NCBI GenBank assembly: GCA_010909165.1
Contig: MU008196.1
Coordinates: 434,001-498,000, forward strand
Direction of reading: 5' to 3'
DNA from: Anthoceros angustus
Taxonomy: Eukaryota > Plantae > Anthocerotophyta
DNA length: 64,000 nucleotides
This document shows positions 1-12,349 of the stretch, piece by piece (the stretch's first letter is position 1; each line of letters begins with the position of its first letter). Both the position numbers and the translations under genes were made by a program. The notes beneath the pieces were generated by a model. The model made no database searches and was not told the DNA's origin. It saw nothing but the letters and a program-made list of their open reading frames with translations.

Positions 1-1656
1 TAGATCATTACAGAAAAGAGTACTACAACAACGATTAACAATAGAGGAAGAAAAAGCTCAAAAAGAAGCTTAGAAGGAGGATTTTTCAGCATAACTTCAG
101 TGATGAAGCACTTCAAAGACAAGAAGCGGAACGGATGGAGAAGGAGGAAGAGCTTTCCTGGATTGCACATAGGATCTTATTAGTGCAATTAATAGCAGAA
201 CAACGTGATAAAGAACGGGATTTAGTGTTAGCTAGAGATCATGAAATGTTGATGATGTTACGGGAGGATTATTGGCAGGAAACTCAAAAAGAATGTAAAC
301 CAAGAGAGGTACTTATTTTAAATTTAAAATAATCTATTTTTATCATAAAATTATTCGAAGTTGTGGTTACTTTGTTCTTATGATTTGATATTGACTATGA
401 GCTTATAATGCATTTAGATTGTGATGTAGTTTATGGTGAATTGTTCTTTTGGTTATTGGATTACATGCCAAACATATCATATATGTGCATTATTGCTTTC
501 AGGAAGAAAAAAAATTGAAAAAGGAACAAGAACTTGCGGATGGAAGGAGATATTGTTTTGAGCCTAATTGCAAGTACCAACTCCAACTTTTAATAAAATA
601 TAGTCTTGATTTGTTCTATCCATAGCACAAGACCTCTCCATAAATGTAATAGAAAATCACATGAATTTAGTGTTTTACTTTTTTACTCGCAGATCTTAGG
701 TTTATCTGAAAATGCTATGACCTATAAGGAAAGCACTCAATACAATATGCCGACTACAAAATAGAATGATTGGAAATTTTATTCTTGAAACGTGCAGTCC
801 TACCCAATCCTTTACAATCTTTGACTCTCACATCTACGGAGGAAGTCACACCTGAAGTGGAGCTGATTGCTGATGAGGTATAGTAACTTGACTTGTGGAA
901 AGATATACAGAGAATTGCAACATAACGTACATGTTTAACATTTATGAAAAGATTTCTCATTCTAGATGATTGATTTGCAGTTTGTCTTGGAATACATTAA
1001 TGAAAAAGGAAGAATGGGAGGGATTAAATATCGGGAAAAATATACATCTAGGACGAATTCTAGGTTGTATACACGATACTGCTCATGTTCCCAATATACC
1101 AGCACCATCTGAGCTGCCTAATCTTTTAGAATGAATAAATCCTTATGATTACAACATTTGTTTGCAAGTACTTGTTAATCAAAACCTTCACTTAGTTTGT
1201 CTTACTAGAAAAAAGCTTGTGTTGTTTGGGTTGTTTAAGGAAAACAACCTTGACCCAAAAGTTAGCAAACGAGTTTGGTCTCATAACCATTGAAATCGAA
1301 TAGGTTCATAACCTAGAAAGGAATAAGGTACAAGATCCGATGCCCTTGGAACGAAACAAGATCCAAGATGCAACATCTGCAATCCGCAATATCTCAATTG
1401 GAACTTACGTTATCTCCGATGGCACGACTAGGTCTAGTTGCCCAAAATGAATTGGATGGTGGAAAGCAGGTATAAAGCAAATATTCAATATGTACGTGTG
1501 GACACATTACCTATACATCCTAGTATTGATAGAGCTGGAGGTACACAGGTACCCGACCACATTGTGATTAAATTGCTGGTTCTCACATTCACATCCCTGG
1601 ACGAATACGGTAATAGAATGCCGCCTGCTCGATTCATTCAACTGTTCGCTGTGTAG

Positions 1657-2938
1657 GGGGACTGTTATTAGCAAAATTTTGACTAGTGGGAAATCTGTTG
1701 TCACAGTCAGTAGTTCAGCAGTGCTTTCCCGAAAACAGGCCGCCAAAGGTTCAGGTGAATCTCCTAAACAGAAAGGCAAAGGAGGAGCAGCCAAACCTCC
1801 ACCGAAGCCAGCGAAGGGCGAAAAGGGAGGAACTCCTCCTGGCTGTAAGCCAACAACGTCTCAATCGTCTAAAAAGGGACAAAAGAAAGGTCCAGGTGAC
1901 TCAAAAGCAGAGAAGGGATTCATTCTGGACGGTTTTCCAGCAACTTGTGCTCAAGCAGACCTTTTGGAGAAGCACCTTACGGGGACGGATCTCTCATTCG
2001 TTTCTCAGCACGCCGCAAACGCATCCACCATTGCTCCCCCACCTCCTGTTGTAAGTCACTCCTGGTGATATGTTCTCTCCTATTTCTTGTTGGGTGCTTT
2101 CAAGGATAGGAGCCAACTAAGATGGCTTGCTTTCGCTTCCTTTGCAGCCTGTGGAGAAGGTGGTTTCTGGGTTGGATGGATTGCTTTGTCTACCGTACAT
2201 CAGTCCAGAAGATGCCATCAAACGTGCATTGGGAAAATGCGTGGACCCAAAGACAGGCCGTCAATATCACCTCTTGTTTGATCCCCCGCCTAAAGATGAT
2301 AAAACGTGAGGCCCTCCTATCCAGTCCCATGGTGCCTATATACCTCATTTCCAGCATACGGTGCATGTTTGGCTAGACTTTGGGTACGGATGTGCCAATG
2401 AACTGGTCCTTTCCATGCACAGAGGTATTACTTCTCGGCTGCAATATGTGGAACAAGCACCAGTGGTGCAAACGCGGATAACAGAGGGGAGAAGGTTTGG
2501 AAGCCCCTGTCCACTTTCATTCAAAGGTTTGCTAATTCATTCTTGCTCAAGTACGAGTCATTCATCGTAGTTGTAAGAGACTGCAGAGAAACAAAGTGGG
2601 AAGGATCCAAAGGGCACAGCCCAAGGGAAGGGTGGAGTAACAGCAAAAGCATCCAAACCTGATGCCAAGACCGGAAGTCACAAACCAGACTCACCCAAGG
2701 CCAGAGCCAAGCCTGGAGCTGGAGATAAATCTGATGGAAAACCGGGCAAAGCTGCGGCTGCTGCAAAGGCTGTTGAGCCTGCTCCTCCTCCTGCAGCAGC
2801 AATTCCCAACCCTCTGGAAAATCCTGATCCCAGTGCCGAACAGCAAAAGCAGGCTCTCCAGGCACTGGAAGCTGGAAATTGTGAATACAAGGGAGAATGT
2901 GCGGGCTTACCTGTTCCCAAGGAAGCTGTCACCATTGT
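1657..2938 (+). pseudogene. Fragment of SPEF2/CPC1-like flagellar central-pair protein (adenylate-kinase-like domain), spliced exons
   Basis: Exons ~1657-2050, 2148-2305, 2423-2494 and ~2587-2938 with GT..AG borders join to give KGFILDGFPATCAQADLLEKHLTG...SGLDGLLCL...KRALGKCVDPKTGRQYHLLFDPPP. This is an ADK core plus lid motif with long K/P/A-rich linkers, as in SPEF2/CPC1. No gene start or end is visible; the 3' side runs into TE sequence. Confidence 0.65.
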
Positions 2939-4078
2939 TGTGGAGGCTAAAGATCCGAGCACTTTGGTGCAATCGTTGCTGGATGCCCGAATTCAATCCA
3001 AACTGGCTGCTGCTGCTGCGGAGGCGGCTAAACCTACAGAGGAGGCAGCGGCTTGGGCCTTGATCGAGACGGAGAAGGCGACAAAGACCACCACGAACCT
3101 CGCCCAACAGCTTGCTTTCGCCTTTGCAGCCTGTGGAGAAGGTGGTATCTGGTTGGATGGATTGCTTTGTCTACCGTACATCAGTCCAGAAGATGCCATC
3201 AAACGTGCATTGGGAAAATGCGTGGACCCAAAGACAGGCCGTCAATATCACCTCTTGTTTGATCCCCCGCCTAAAGATGATAAAACGTGAGGCCCTCCTA
3301 TCCAGTCCCATGGTGCCTATATACCTCATTTCCAGCATACGGTGCATGTTTGGCTAGACTTTGGGTACGGATGTGCCAATGAACTGGTCCTTTCCATGCA
3401 CAGAGGTATTACTTCTCGGCTGCAATATGTGGAACAAGCACCAGTGGTGCAAACGCGGATAACAGAGGGGAGAAGGTTTGGAAGCCCTGTCCACTTTCAT
3501 TCAGAGGTTTGCTAATTCATTCTTGCTCAAGTACGAGCCATTCATCGTAAGAGACTCTGCAGAGAAACAAAGTGGAAGGATCCAAAGGGCACAGCCCAAG
3601 GGAAGGGTGGAGTAACAGCAAAAGCATCCAAACCTGATGCCAAGACCGGAAGTCACAAACCAGACTCACCCAAGGCCAGAGCCAAGCCTGGAGCTGGAGA
3701 TAAATCTGATGGAAAACCGGGCAAAGCTGCGGCTGCTGCAAAGGCTGCTGCTGAGCCCTGCCTCCTCCCGCAGCAGCAATTCCCAACCCTCTGAAAATCT
3801 CGATCCCAGTGCCGGACAGAAAAGCAGGCTCTCCAGGCACTGGAAGCTGGAAATTGTGAATACAAGGGAGAATGTGCGGGCTTACCTGTTCCCAAGGAAG
3901 CTGTCACCATTGTTGTGGAGGCTAAAGATCCGAGCACTTTGGTGCAATCGTTGCTGGATGCCCGAATTCAATCCAAACTGGCTGCTGAGGCGGCTAAACC
4001 TACAGAGGAGGCAGCGGCTTGGGCCTTGATCGAGACGGAGAAGGCGACAAAGACCACCACGAACCTCGCCCAACAGCT
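2125..4078. repeat. Tandem ~985-bp duplication (2125-3110 / 3110-4078)
   Basis: Near-identical sequence restarts at 3110 (gcttgctttcgc..tttgcagcctgtggagaagg); the copies differ mostly by small indels. Confidence 0.9.
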
Positions 4079-5015
4079 TCTGTTTGTGAAAGTCGCTGAG
4101 GTGAAAGCAGCCTTGATCGAGAAATCAGGTCCGGATGCTATTGCACAGAAAATCGTGAAAGCAGAAGCGAGCCAGGTGGTGGGAAAGAAGTTGACCGAGG
4201 CAAGCAAGGCCCTACAAGTAGTAGGAGGAAAGCCTCCTACAAGTAAGGTGGTAGGAGGGGAACCTCCTACGGATGGACCGGTAGGAGGAGCACCTCCTAC
4301 CAGAGAGGAAGGGGAAATAGTTTCTTCCCCAGGAGCAGACCTACCTAAGGAACGGCCGGAGGTAGGAAGAGATGCCAGGGACCATTCCGATGAGTGGTCC
4401 GAGTCAGGAGGAGTTGATCGTAGGGACTGAGCTACCGGGGAGGCGCGCGCGTCCCCCTCTTAACCGGTTTCTTGTTTCCTTTGCAGGTTTCACCTTAGGA
4501 TCGATGTGTGCTTGTCGCTTGTTGGCATCTTGCAAGGCACTAACGTCAGAGACTCATTTTGAAGCAACCTATCGGGAGCTTCCTAACCCAAGAGCGCTCA
4601 CGGTATAGGCAATCTCAAGGCTACCGGCCCAAGTGAAAACCCTTCGATTTCGGTCACTCTAGGCGTTGGTGCTGTAAGAGCGACCGAGTGATTGTTAAGG
4701 ATAGATTTAGTGGATGGTTGTGAAAGGAGGTATGAGATCGAGCTATGGGGATATTGTCGTTGTAGTGTTTTTCTGTGGTCCTAGAAGTTAGAGGAATCTA
4801 GAAGGCTCAAGTTGGGGCCATGGACCAGTAAACCCAGAACCCATATTCGGTGAGGCAATTTGTGACAAAGAAGGAACTGTGAGAGAGTGAGAATCGACCC
4901 CTCAGGATAAGCGCATCCAGGCAAGTCTCTTGGGATCAAACCCACGTATTCGACGACCATGGAATAAGTGTGGCCACTGAGGCTAGCTCTGGGTGACCGG
5001 GGCGAACCTACCACA
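3914..5015 (+). mobile_element. Putative LTR or LTR-like segment (TGTGG...CCACA)
   Basis: Starts TGTGGAGG and ends CCTACCACA (imperfect terminal inverted repeat). The last ~90 bp resemble 22560-22649, which also ends CCACA. No TSD found. Confidence 0.35.
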
Positions 5016-5068
5016 CCCTAAGTTAACATGTCCTAACCTACAATGCCACAACTAGGGCCACAACTGGG

Positions 5069-6700
5069 TTAGAGAAAGGGTTTAGAGTTCTGTGCAAGCT
5101 GAACACACAACTGAGGAATGATAGATTGGACATTCAGCAAATAAAGGTCATTGTAAGGTGTTCCAATAATAACATCTCCCATGTTAGAATGGTGTGGAGT
5201 TGAACAACCCATGTGATCAAAACAAACTTGACATGAGTGTTCATCTGTAAGTTTGATGACTGACATCAAATTCTTAGTCATAGAAGGAACAAACACCACA
5301 CCTGAAAGGGTGAGAATGGACGAATTTGGGATTCCTATCTAAACATAACCTGAACCCTTAATCGCTAACCCACTATCATCACCCAACAAAACAAATGGTG
5401 GTGGTCAGTAGAAGGTTGACTGGTAGAAAAAGCACATCTATCAAAACAAATTTGGCTTGTTGCTCCTAAATTTAAGAACCACATGTGTGTCTAAATTTGT
5501 GTGGAAGATAAACACAGCCAATATAGAGGGACTCTTAGGCAAGGAGGGCTTATGGATGGCCATGTTAGACTTAGGTGCAGGTACCTCCCTTCTTGGTTCG
5601 CTTGCACGCTTCTTACGACAATCCTTTTCATAATGCCCTGGAATCGTACACCAATTGCAAGTTAGGCTGCTTCATGGTTGGAGGGTAACCTTGACCTCTA
5701 CCATGCCCATGAAAGCTCCCTCTACCTCGTCTTAAGAATAAAACTCTGGAGCTCTATTGTGGCTGATTGTTCATCTTGTGAAAACCTCGAGTCCTTTCTT
5801 TGGCGGGCTCCCAAAACCTCCTCGAGTGTCAAGGAAGGTGTTGATCCTGAAGCAGTTGCTTGTACAGTTGCTTGGATGGTGGCATTCTATGAGCTCACAA
5901 ACTATTGGTAGCTCTCAGGCAAGGAAGCCAAAAGGCTAATAGCAGCTTGAACTTCCCAGTGAATGGTGCCACAATACATTAAGTTTGCACGGTTAGTGCG
6001 AAACTTGTTTATATGGGATTCCACAGTATCATGCTGCTTCATACGCAAGTTGAAGAAGTCCCTATAGGCATGTAGAGATGCTGAACTTTTATCCTTGTAT
6101 ATAAGTTTAAAGTTGTTCTACATAGCAGCAGAACTGTGAGCTCCAAGAGTGTGAGGCATCATAGTCTTATACAAAGAGGCTATGAGTATTGAACGGGCAC
6201 ATCTGTCCTTCCTTTGCCAAGAAAATATATCAATGGCATTAGCATTGTTGGTGCAGCAATGACGGACACCAACATTGGTAGAATTGTGTCCATCTCGCTC
6301 ACCATGGATGTGCATTGGATGTGGTACGGGCACAGGTGGGCACTGAACACAAATGCTTACCTAAAGTACTTACCTGCTATTCCGATTATAGTTATAGCCA
6401 ACCGGAAATTGACGGTGCCTAACCCGGTGTTCACTTAACAGTTAGCATGCCGATACCCAAACTTGGGTCCAGCAAAATTTCACGATCCTGAGTCGGTCCT
6501 CATGTGAAATTGCCCTTATTGGTCTACAAGGCACCTTTGTGTTGCAAATGGACATGCACCAATGTGCACTGCTAATTCTAATCCAAAAACCAAGCAATTA
6601 CATTGCAAATTCGTGGAACACACTAACAAAATCGGCACAACACCTCACTAAACTGAAAGCCATGACCTGCACTTCTATGCCCACTAACCCCCTCCCCTAA
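5069..6700 (-). mobile_element. Degenerate Ty1/copia gag-protease remnant (family 2)
   Basis: Minus strand gives zinc knuckle LTCNWCTIPGHYEKDC (~5615-5667), protease-like WFLNLGATSQICFD (~5440-5485) and VFVPSMTKNLMSV (ORF 5069-5299). Many stops. Confidence 0.8.
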
Positions 6701-6707
6701 TCCCGCA

Positions 6708-7051
6708 TGTTGAGGATGCAGCTTACTGAGTTTGTTAAGATGGATATGACTATGCGTAAAAGATGTACGTCATTGAACTTACTATAAGTATATAGAAGTG
6801 GGTAAATGGGAAACATATACCCCATATTGAGTAGAAAACGTGAGTGACACTTTTTAGGGTTTAAAAAGGGCTGAGACCAGCTAGCTATAGCAGGTTCAGC
6901 TCTTTGACTTTTGTCTTTGTGTTGTTTGCTCAAAGTTGCTCTTCATATGTGTTTAAGGCCTCGTTTAGGTGGTCTTAAATTGCAATTCTGAACACTTCCT
7001 TTCTTGACACTTCTGACCCTCTTGAAGCATGGCTAGCTTCCAATCTCAACA
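6708..7051 (+). repeat. 5' LTR of copia family 1
   Basis: 7-bp terminal inverted repeat TGTTGAG/CTCAACA. The same sequence occurs at 12057, 14916-15256, 19077-19542, ~20919-21333, 36142-36487 and 41629-41974. Confidence 0.92.
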
Positions 7052-7063
7052 GGTTATGGACCC
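7052..7063 (+). promoter_or_regulatory. Primer-binding site, half-molecule tRNA-iMet type (GGTTATGGGCCC-like)
   Basis: Directly follows the LTR's terminal CA. Reads GGTTATGGACCC here and GGTTATGGGCCC in the copy at 19065-19076 (minus); same type as Drosophila copia/Osser. Confidence 0.75.
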
Positions 7064-10000
7064 ACACACCCAAGGCATGGTGACACTACAAGTCATTTCC
7101 AAATTTGGTGGTAACAACTTCAACTTGTGGAAGTTCAAGATGCAAATGTTGTTGGCCGAGAAAGGCTTGTGGGGAATAGTGTTAGGAACTGAGCAACGCC
7201 CTATAGAAGTGGAGCAACAATCGAGGTGGGACGAGAATGCAGGCAAAGCTTTTGCAACCATTTGTTTCAATTTGGAAGATGCACAACTAATGCATGTGAC
7301 TTCTTGTAAGACTAGTCGCAAGGGAAGCTTGGCAAAAGCTGGAGGCGCTATATGAGAACAAGAGCCTTGTGAACCGCTTGTTTTTGAGGAGAAGGTTCTT
7401 CACTCTTCATATGGGTGAGAATGACATTGTCATTGAGCATGTAGACAAAATGAGGAGTTTGTCACAACAATTAGCAGCTGTTGGAGCCCCGTGTCAATGA
7501 TGACTTGGTGATGACTCTTCTTGCAAGTCTTCCAAAGTCATACAAGAACTTGATTGTGGCTTTGGAGTCAAGAATAGAGACTTTGACTTTTGAGATTCTT
7601 GTGAGCAGACTCTTACGTGAAGAGACAAAAGAAGGGAAAAGGGGAAGATATATGAAGAATCAGCTTTTGTGGCCAAAAAGCCCCAGGAAGAACACTCAAG
7701 TTCCATCAAGCTAGGGGAAGGTCCTCCTTAATCTGTAGGAGGATATAGAAGGTCTAACATAACTTGCAACTACTGTGGCAAGGTTGGACACATTGTAAGG
7801 AATTGTTTCAAGAAACAAAGGGACGAGAAAGCAAGACCTCAAAGCAACTGTGCTGAAGACTTTGATGAGGCCTTTGTGAGTACACATCACCACTCAAATG
7901 AAGCTGACAAGTGGTATATCGATTCAGGAGCTTCAGAGCATATGACCAATAGGCGTGAATGGTTTCACTCTTTCAAACCCACTTCTGCAACTAACATTTA
8001 CTTGGGTGATAATCCGGCTCAAAAATGTGCAGGAGAAGGAGTTGTATTTCTAACCATGACCACTCCTAAAGGGCCTATTCGTGGATGTTAAAGAAGGTCC
8101 TCTATGTGCCGCTGAGCAAAACCTCTTCTCCGTTAGCGCGGCTACCTCTCAAGGGTTGAGAGTGAGATTTGAGGATGCTGGAGTGACCTTCACGAATGCA
8201 AAAGAAGAAGTGAGAGCACCGGGAGTGAAGGTTGGAAAGATGTATTGTTTAAAACAAGTGGGAGTACTGTGGTGCCAAGCTCAAGAATGGAGGCAAATGT
8301 GGTACAAGAGCACAACAACAAGCTACTATTGTGGCACCAAAGATTGGGACATCTTGGAGTTCAAAACATCAAGCTCATGGAGAAGAAAAAGATGGTTGGA
8401 GAGGAGGAAGATATAGGTATTTGTAGAGGTTGCATGATGGGAAAGCAACGTCGATTTCCATTTCCAAAGGGAGGAAGTAGAGCTAACCATGTGCTAGATT
8501 TGATTCACTCAGACATTTGTGGCCCCATGAAGACCACATCTCTAGGAAGGGCCAAGTATTTCCTCACTTTCACAGATGACAAGTCAAGGTATACCAAGGT
8601 TTACTTCCTCAAATCCAAGGATGTCTGTTTATCCAAGTTCAAGGAGTATAAAGCACTTGTGGAGAATCAAATTGGTAGAAAGATAAAAGTTTTAAGGAGT
8701 GACAATGGAGGTGAGTATATGTCCAAGGATTTCGAAAATTTTTGCAAGGAGCACGGAATCATGCAACAATTTTTGGCCCCTTACACTCCTCAGCAAAATT
8801 AAGTTGCGGAAAGGAAAAATAGAACTTTGGTAGAATGTGCTAGGAGCATGCTTCATCATCAACAATTGGACTATGAGTTTTGGGGGGAAGCCAAGTTTAG
8901 ATATGAGGCTTAGCAAAGACCAATGTCCTGCAACCAATCACGAGGAGGAGGAGTTGAAGAACATTACTTACAGACAAGCAGTGGGCAGTTTGATGTTTGC
9001 CATGGTTGCAACTCGTCAGATCTTGGGAAAGCTCTAGGTGTTGTGAGCCAATATATGCAAAATCTTGGAAAGCCATATTGGATTGCAGTGAAGAGGATAA
9101 TGAGGTACTTGAAAGGCACACATGACATGTACCTTGAGTTTTCATGTTCAAATGAAGGACACGATCGCTTGGATATTGTGACTGGATTGGGGAGCGATTT
9201 TGATGATCGGAGGTCCACAACCGATATGTTTATCCTAGGGGAGGTGCCATCATTGAATAGCAAAAGCAACCAATTGCAATGTCTACTGGAGGTTGAGTAC
9301 ATGGCATCCACACAAGCTACAAAGGAAGCCATTTGGTTGAGAAGGTTCATGGAAGAAATTGGGTATCAACAAGTGCAGCCAACTGTTTTCAAAGTGACAA
9401 CCAGGAAGCATGGCATTGATCAAGAACCTGCACCACTCAAGGACAAAGCATATTGATATCCAACATCACTTTGTTCGTGAAAGGGTGAAATCGTTGGAGA
9501 TTACATTTGAGGATGCAGCCATCGAGTTTGTTAAGATGGATATGACTATGTAAAAGATGTATTGTTTAAGTGGGAGTACTGTGGTGCCAAGCTCAAGAAT
9601 GGAGGCAAATGTGGTACAAGAGCACAAGCAATGGAAAAGAAAAAGATGGTAAGAGGACTTGAGCTTGGAGAGGAGGAAGATATAGGTATTTGTAGAGGTT
9701 GCATGATGGAAAGCAACATCGATTTCCATTTCCAAAGGGAGGAAGTAGAGCTAACCATGTGCTAGATTTGATTCACTCGACATTTGTGGCCCCATGAAGA
9801 CCACATCTCTAGGAGGGGCCAAGTATTTCCTCACTTTCACAGATGACAAGTCAAGGTATACCAAGGTTTACTTCCTCAAATCCAAGGATGCCTGTTATCC
9901 AAGTTCAAGGAGTATAAAGCACTTGTGGAGAATCAAATTGGTAGAAAGATAAAAGTTTTAAGGAGTGACAATGGAGGTGAGTATATGTCAAGGATTTTGA

Positions 10001-10550
10001 AACTTTTGCAAGGAGCACGGAATCATGCAACAATTTTGGCCCCTTACACTCCTCAGCAAAATGGAGTTGGAAAGGAAAAATAGAACTTTGGTAGAATGTG
10101 CTAGGAGCATGCTTCATCATCAACAATTGGACTATGAGTTTTGGGGAAGCCAAGTTTAGATATGAGGCTTAGCAAAGACCAATGTCCTGCAACCAATCAC
10201 GAGGAGGAGGAGTTGAAGAACACTCAAGTTCCATCAAGCTAGGGAAGGTCCTTCTCAATCTGTAGGAGGATATGGCTGCAGATTTCTTGACCAAGGCTTT
10301 GAGCAAGTTCAAGGAGTATAAAGCACTTGTGGAGAATCAAATTGGTAGAAAGATAAAAGTTTTAAGGAGTGACAATGGAGGTGAGTATATGTCCAAGGAT
10401 TTCAAAACTTTTGCAAGGAGCACGGAATCATGCAACAATTTTGGCCCCTTACACTCCTCAGCAAAATGGAGTTGGAAAGATGTATTGTTTAAGTGGGAGT
10501 GTTGAGGATGCAGCTTCGAGTTTGTTAAGATGGATATGACTATGTAAAAG

Positions 10551-11324
10551 ATGTATTGTTTAAGTGGGAGTGTTGAGGATGCTGGAGTGACCTTCATGAA
10601 TGCAAAAGAAGAAGTGAGAGCACAAGGAGTGGAGGTTGGAAAGATGTATTGTTTAAGTGGGAGTACTATGGTGCCAAGCTCAAGAATGGAGGAAAATGTA
10701 GTACAAGAGCACAACAACAAGCTACTATTGTGGCACCAAAGATTGGGACATCTTGGAGTTCAAAACATCAAGCTCATGGAAAAGAAAAAGATGGTAAGAG
10801 GACTTGAGCTTGGAGAGGAGGAAGATATAGGTATTTGTAGAGGTTGCATGATGGGAAAGCAACATCGATTTCCATTTCCAAAGGGAGGAAGTAGAGCTAA
10901 CCATGAGCTAGATTTGATTCACTCAGACATTTGTGGCCCCATGAAGACCACATCTCTAGAAGGGGCCAAGTATTTCCTCACTTTCACAGATGACAAGTCA
11001 AGATATACCAAGGTTTACTTCCTCAAATCCAAGGATGCCTTCTTATCGAAGTTCAAGGAGTATAAAGCACTTATGGAGAATCAAATTGGTAGAAAGATAA
11101 AAGTTTTAAGGAGTGACAATGGAGGTGAGTATATGTCCAAGGATTTCGAAAATTTTTGCAAGGAGCACGGAATCATGCAACAATTTTGGCCCCTTACACT
11201 CCTCAGCAAAATGGAGTTGGAAAGGAAAAATAGAACTTTGGTAGAATGTGCTAGGAGCATGCTTCATCATCAACAATTGGACTATGAGTTTTGGGGGGAA
11301 GCCAAGTTTAGATATGAGGCTTAG
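10551..11324 (+). CDS. Copia GAG-pre-integrase plus integrase core (element A, best-preserved copy)
   Basis: LWHQRLGH...[37 protein letters not shown]. Confidence 0.85.
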   Translation: MYCLSGSVEDAGVTFMNAKEEVRAQGVEVGKMYCLSGSTMVPSSRMEENVVQEHNNKLLLWHQRLGHLGVQNIKLMEKKKMVRGLELGEEEDIGICRGCMMGKQHRFPFPKGGSRANHELDLIHSDICGPMKTTSLEGAKYFLTFTDDKSRYTKVYFLKSKDAFLSKFKEYKALMENQIGRKIKVLRSDNGGEYMSKDFENFCKEHGIMQQFWPLTLLSKMELERKNRTLVECARSMLHHQQLDYEFWGEAKFRYEA

Positions 11325-12033
11325 CAAAGACCAATGTCCTGCAACCAATCACGAGGAGGAGGAGTTGAAGAACATTACTTACAGACAAGCAGTGGGCAGT
11401 TTGATGTTTGCCATGGTTGCAACTCGTCCAGATCTTGGGAAAGCTCTAGGTGTTGTGAGCCAATATATGCAAAATCTTGGAAAGCCATATTGGATTGCAG
11501 TGAAGAGGATAATGAGGTACTTGAAAGGCACACATGACATGTACCTTGAGTTTTCATGTTCAAATGAAGGACACAGACTGCTTGGATATTGTGACTCGGA
11601 TTGGGGGAGCGATTTTGATGATCGGAGGTCCACAACCGAATATGTGTTTATCCTAGGGGGAGGTGCCATCAGTTGGAATAGCAAAAAGCAACCAACTGTT
11701 GCAATGTCTACAGTGGAGGCTGAGTACATGGCTTCCACACAAGCTACAAAGGAAGCCATTTGGTTGAGAAGGTTCATGGAAGAAATTGGGTATCAACAAC
11801 TGCAGCCAACTGTTTTTCAAAGTGACAACCAGGGAAGCATGGTATTGATCAAGAACCCTGTGCACCACTCAAGGACAAAGCATATTGATATCCAACATCA
11901 CTTTGTTCGTGAAAGGGTGAAATCGTTGGAGATTACATTTGAGTGTTGCAAAACGGAGGATATGGCTGCAGATTTCTTGACCAAGGCTTTGAGCAAGTTC
12001 AAGTTTGAGAAGTGTAGAGAGGTAATTGATTAA
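11248..12033 (+). CDS. Copia RT C-terminus plus RNase H (element A)
   Basis: YRQAVGSLMF, TRPDL, KRIMRYLKGT, GYCDSDWG, EAEYMA, RTKHIDIQHHFVRE, ADFLTK. Confidence 0.88.
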   Translation: MLGACFIINNWTMSFGGKPSLDMRLSKDQCPATNHEEEELKNITYRQAVGSLMFAMVATRPDLGKALGVVSQYMQNLGKPYWIAVKRIMRYLKGTHDMYLEFSCSNEGHRLLGYCDSDWGSDFDDRRSTTEYVFILGGGAISWNSKKQPTVAMSTVEAEYMASTQATKEAIWLRRFMEEIGYQQLQPTVFQSDNQGSMVLIKNPVHHSRTKHIDIQHHFVRERVKSLEITFECCKTEDMAADFLTKALSKFKFEKCREVID

Positions 12034-12349
12034 GGCAAACTCAGGCTGAGTGGGAGTGTTGAGGATGCAGCCATCGAGTTTGTTAAGTTGGATATGACTA
12101 TGCGTAAAAGATGTAGGTGATTGAAATTACTATAAGTATATAGAAATGGGTAAATGGGAAACATATACCCCATATTGAGTAGGAAACGTGAGTGACACTT
12201 TTTAGGGCTTAAAAAGGGGTGAGACCAGCTAGGTATAGCAGGTTCAGCTCTTTGACTATTGTCTTTATGTTGTTTGCTCAAAGTTGCTCTTCATTTGTGT
12301 TTTAAGGCCTCGTTTAGGTGGTCTTAGCTTGGCAATTCTGAACACTTAG

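Larger units (their letters stand above)
6708..12347 (+). mobile_element. Ty1/copia element A (family 1), RT-deleted and internally multiplied
   Basis: 5' LTR 6708-7051 (TGTTGAG...CTCAACA), PBS GGTTATGGACCC, gag (KFGGNNFNLWKFKM), protease WYIDSGASEHMT, integrase ([23 protein letters not shown]), RNase H (YCDSDWG, RTKHIDIQHH), PPT TGAGTGGGAG and a 3' LTR from 12057 truncated at ~12347. Integrase joins directly to the RT C-terminus. Confidence 0.93.

Noticed and set aside
1-1650. Short ORFs at the start of the window
   Set aside because: No recognisable domains; AT-rich and stop-ridden.
6697-6933. Recurrent 'MSKQHKD..RAEPAI' ORFs (also at 12030, 15031, 36262) as a small gene family
   Set aside because: They are antisense translations of the copia LTR starting at non-ATG codons.
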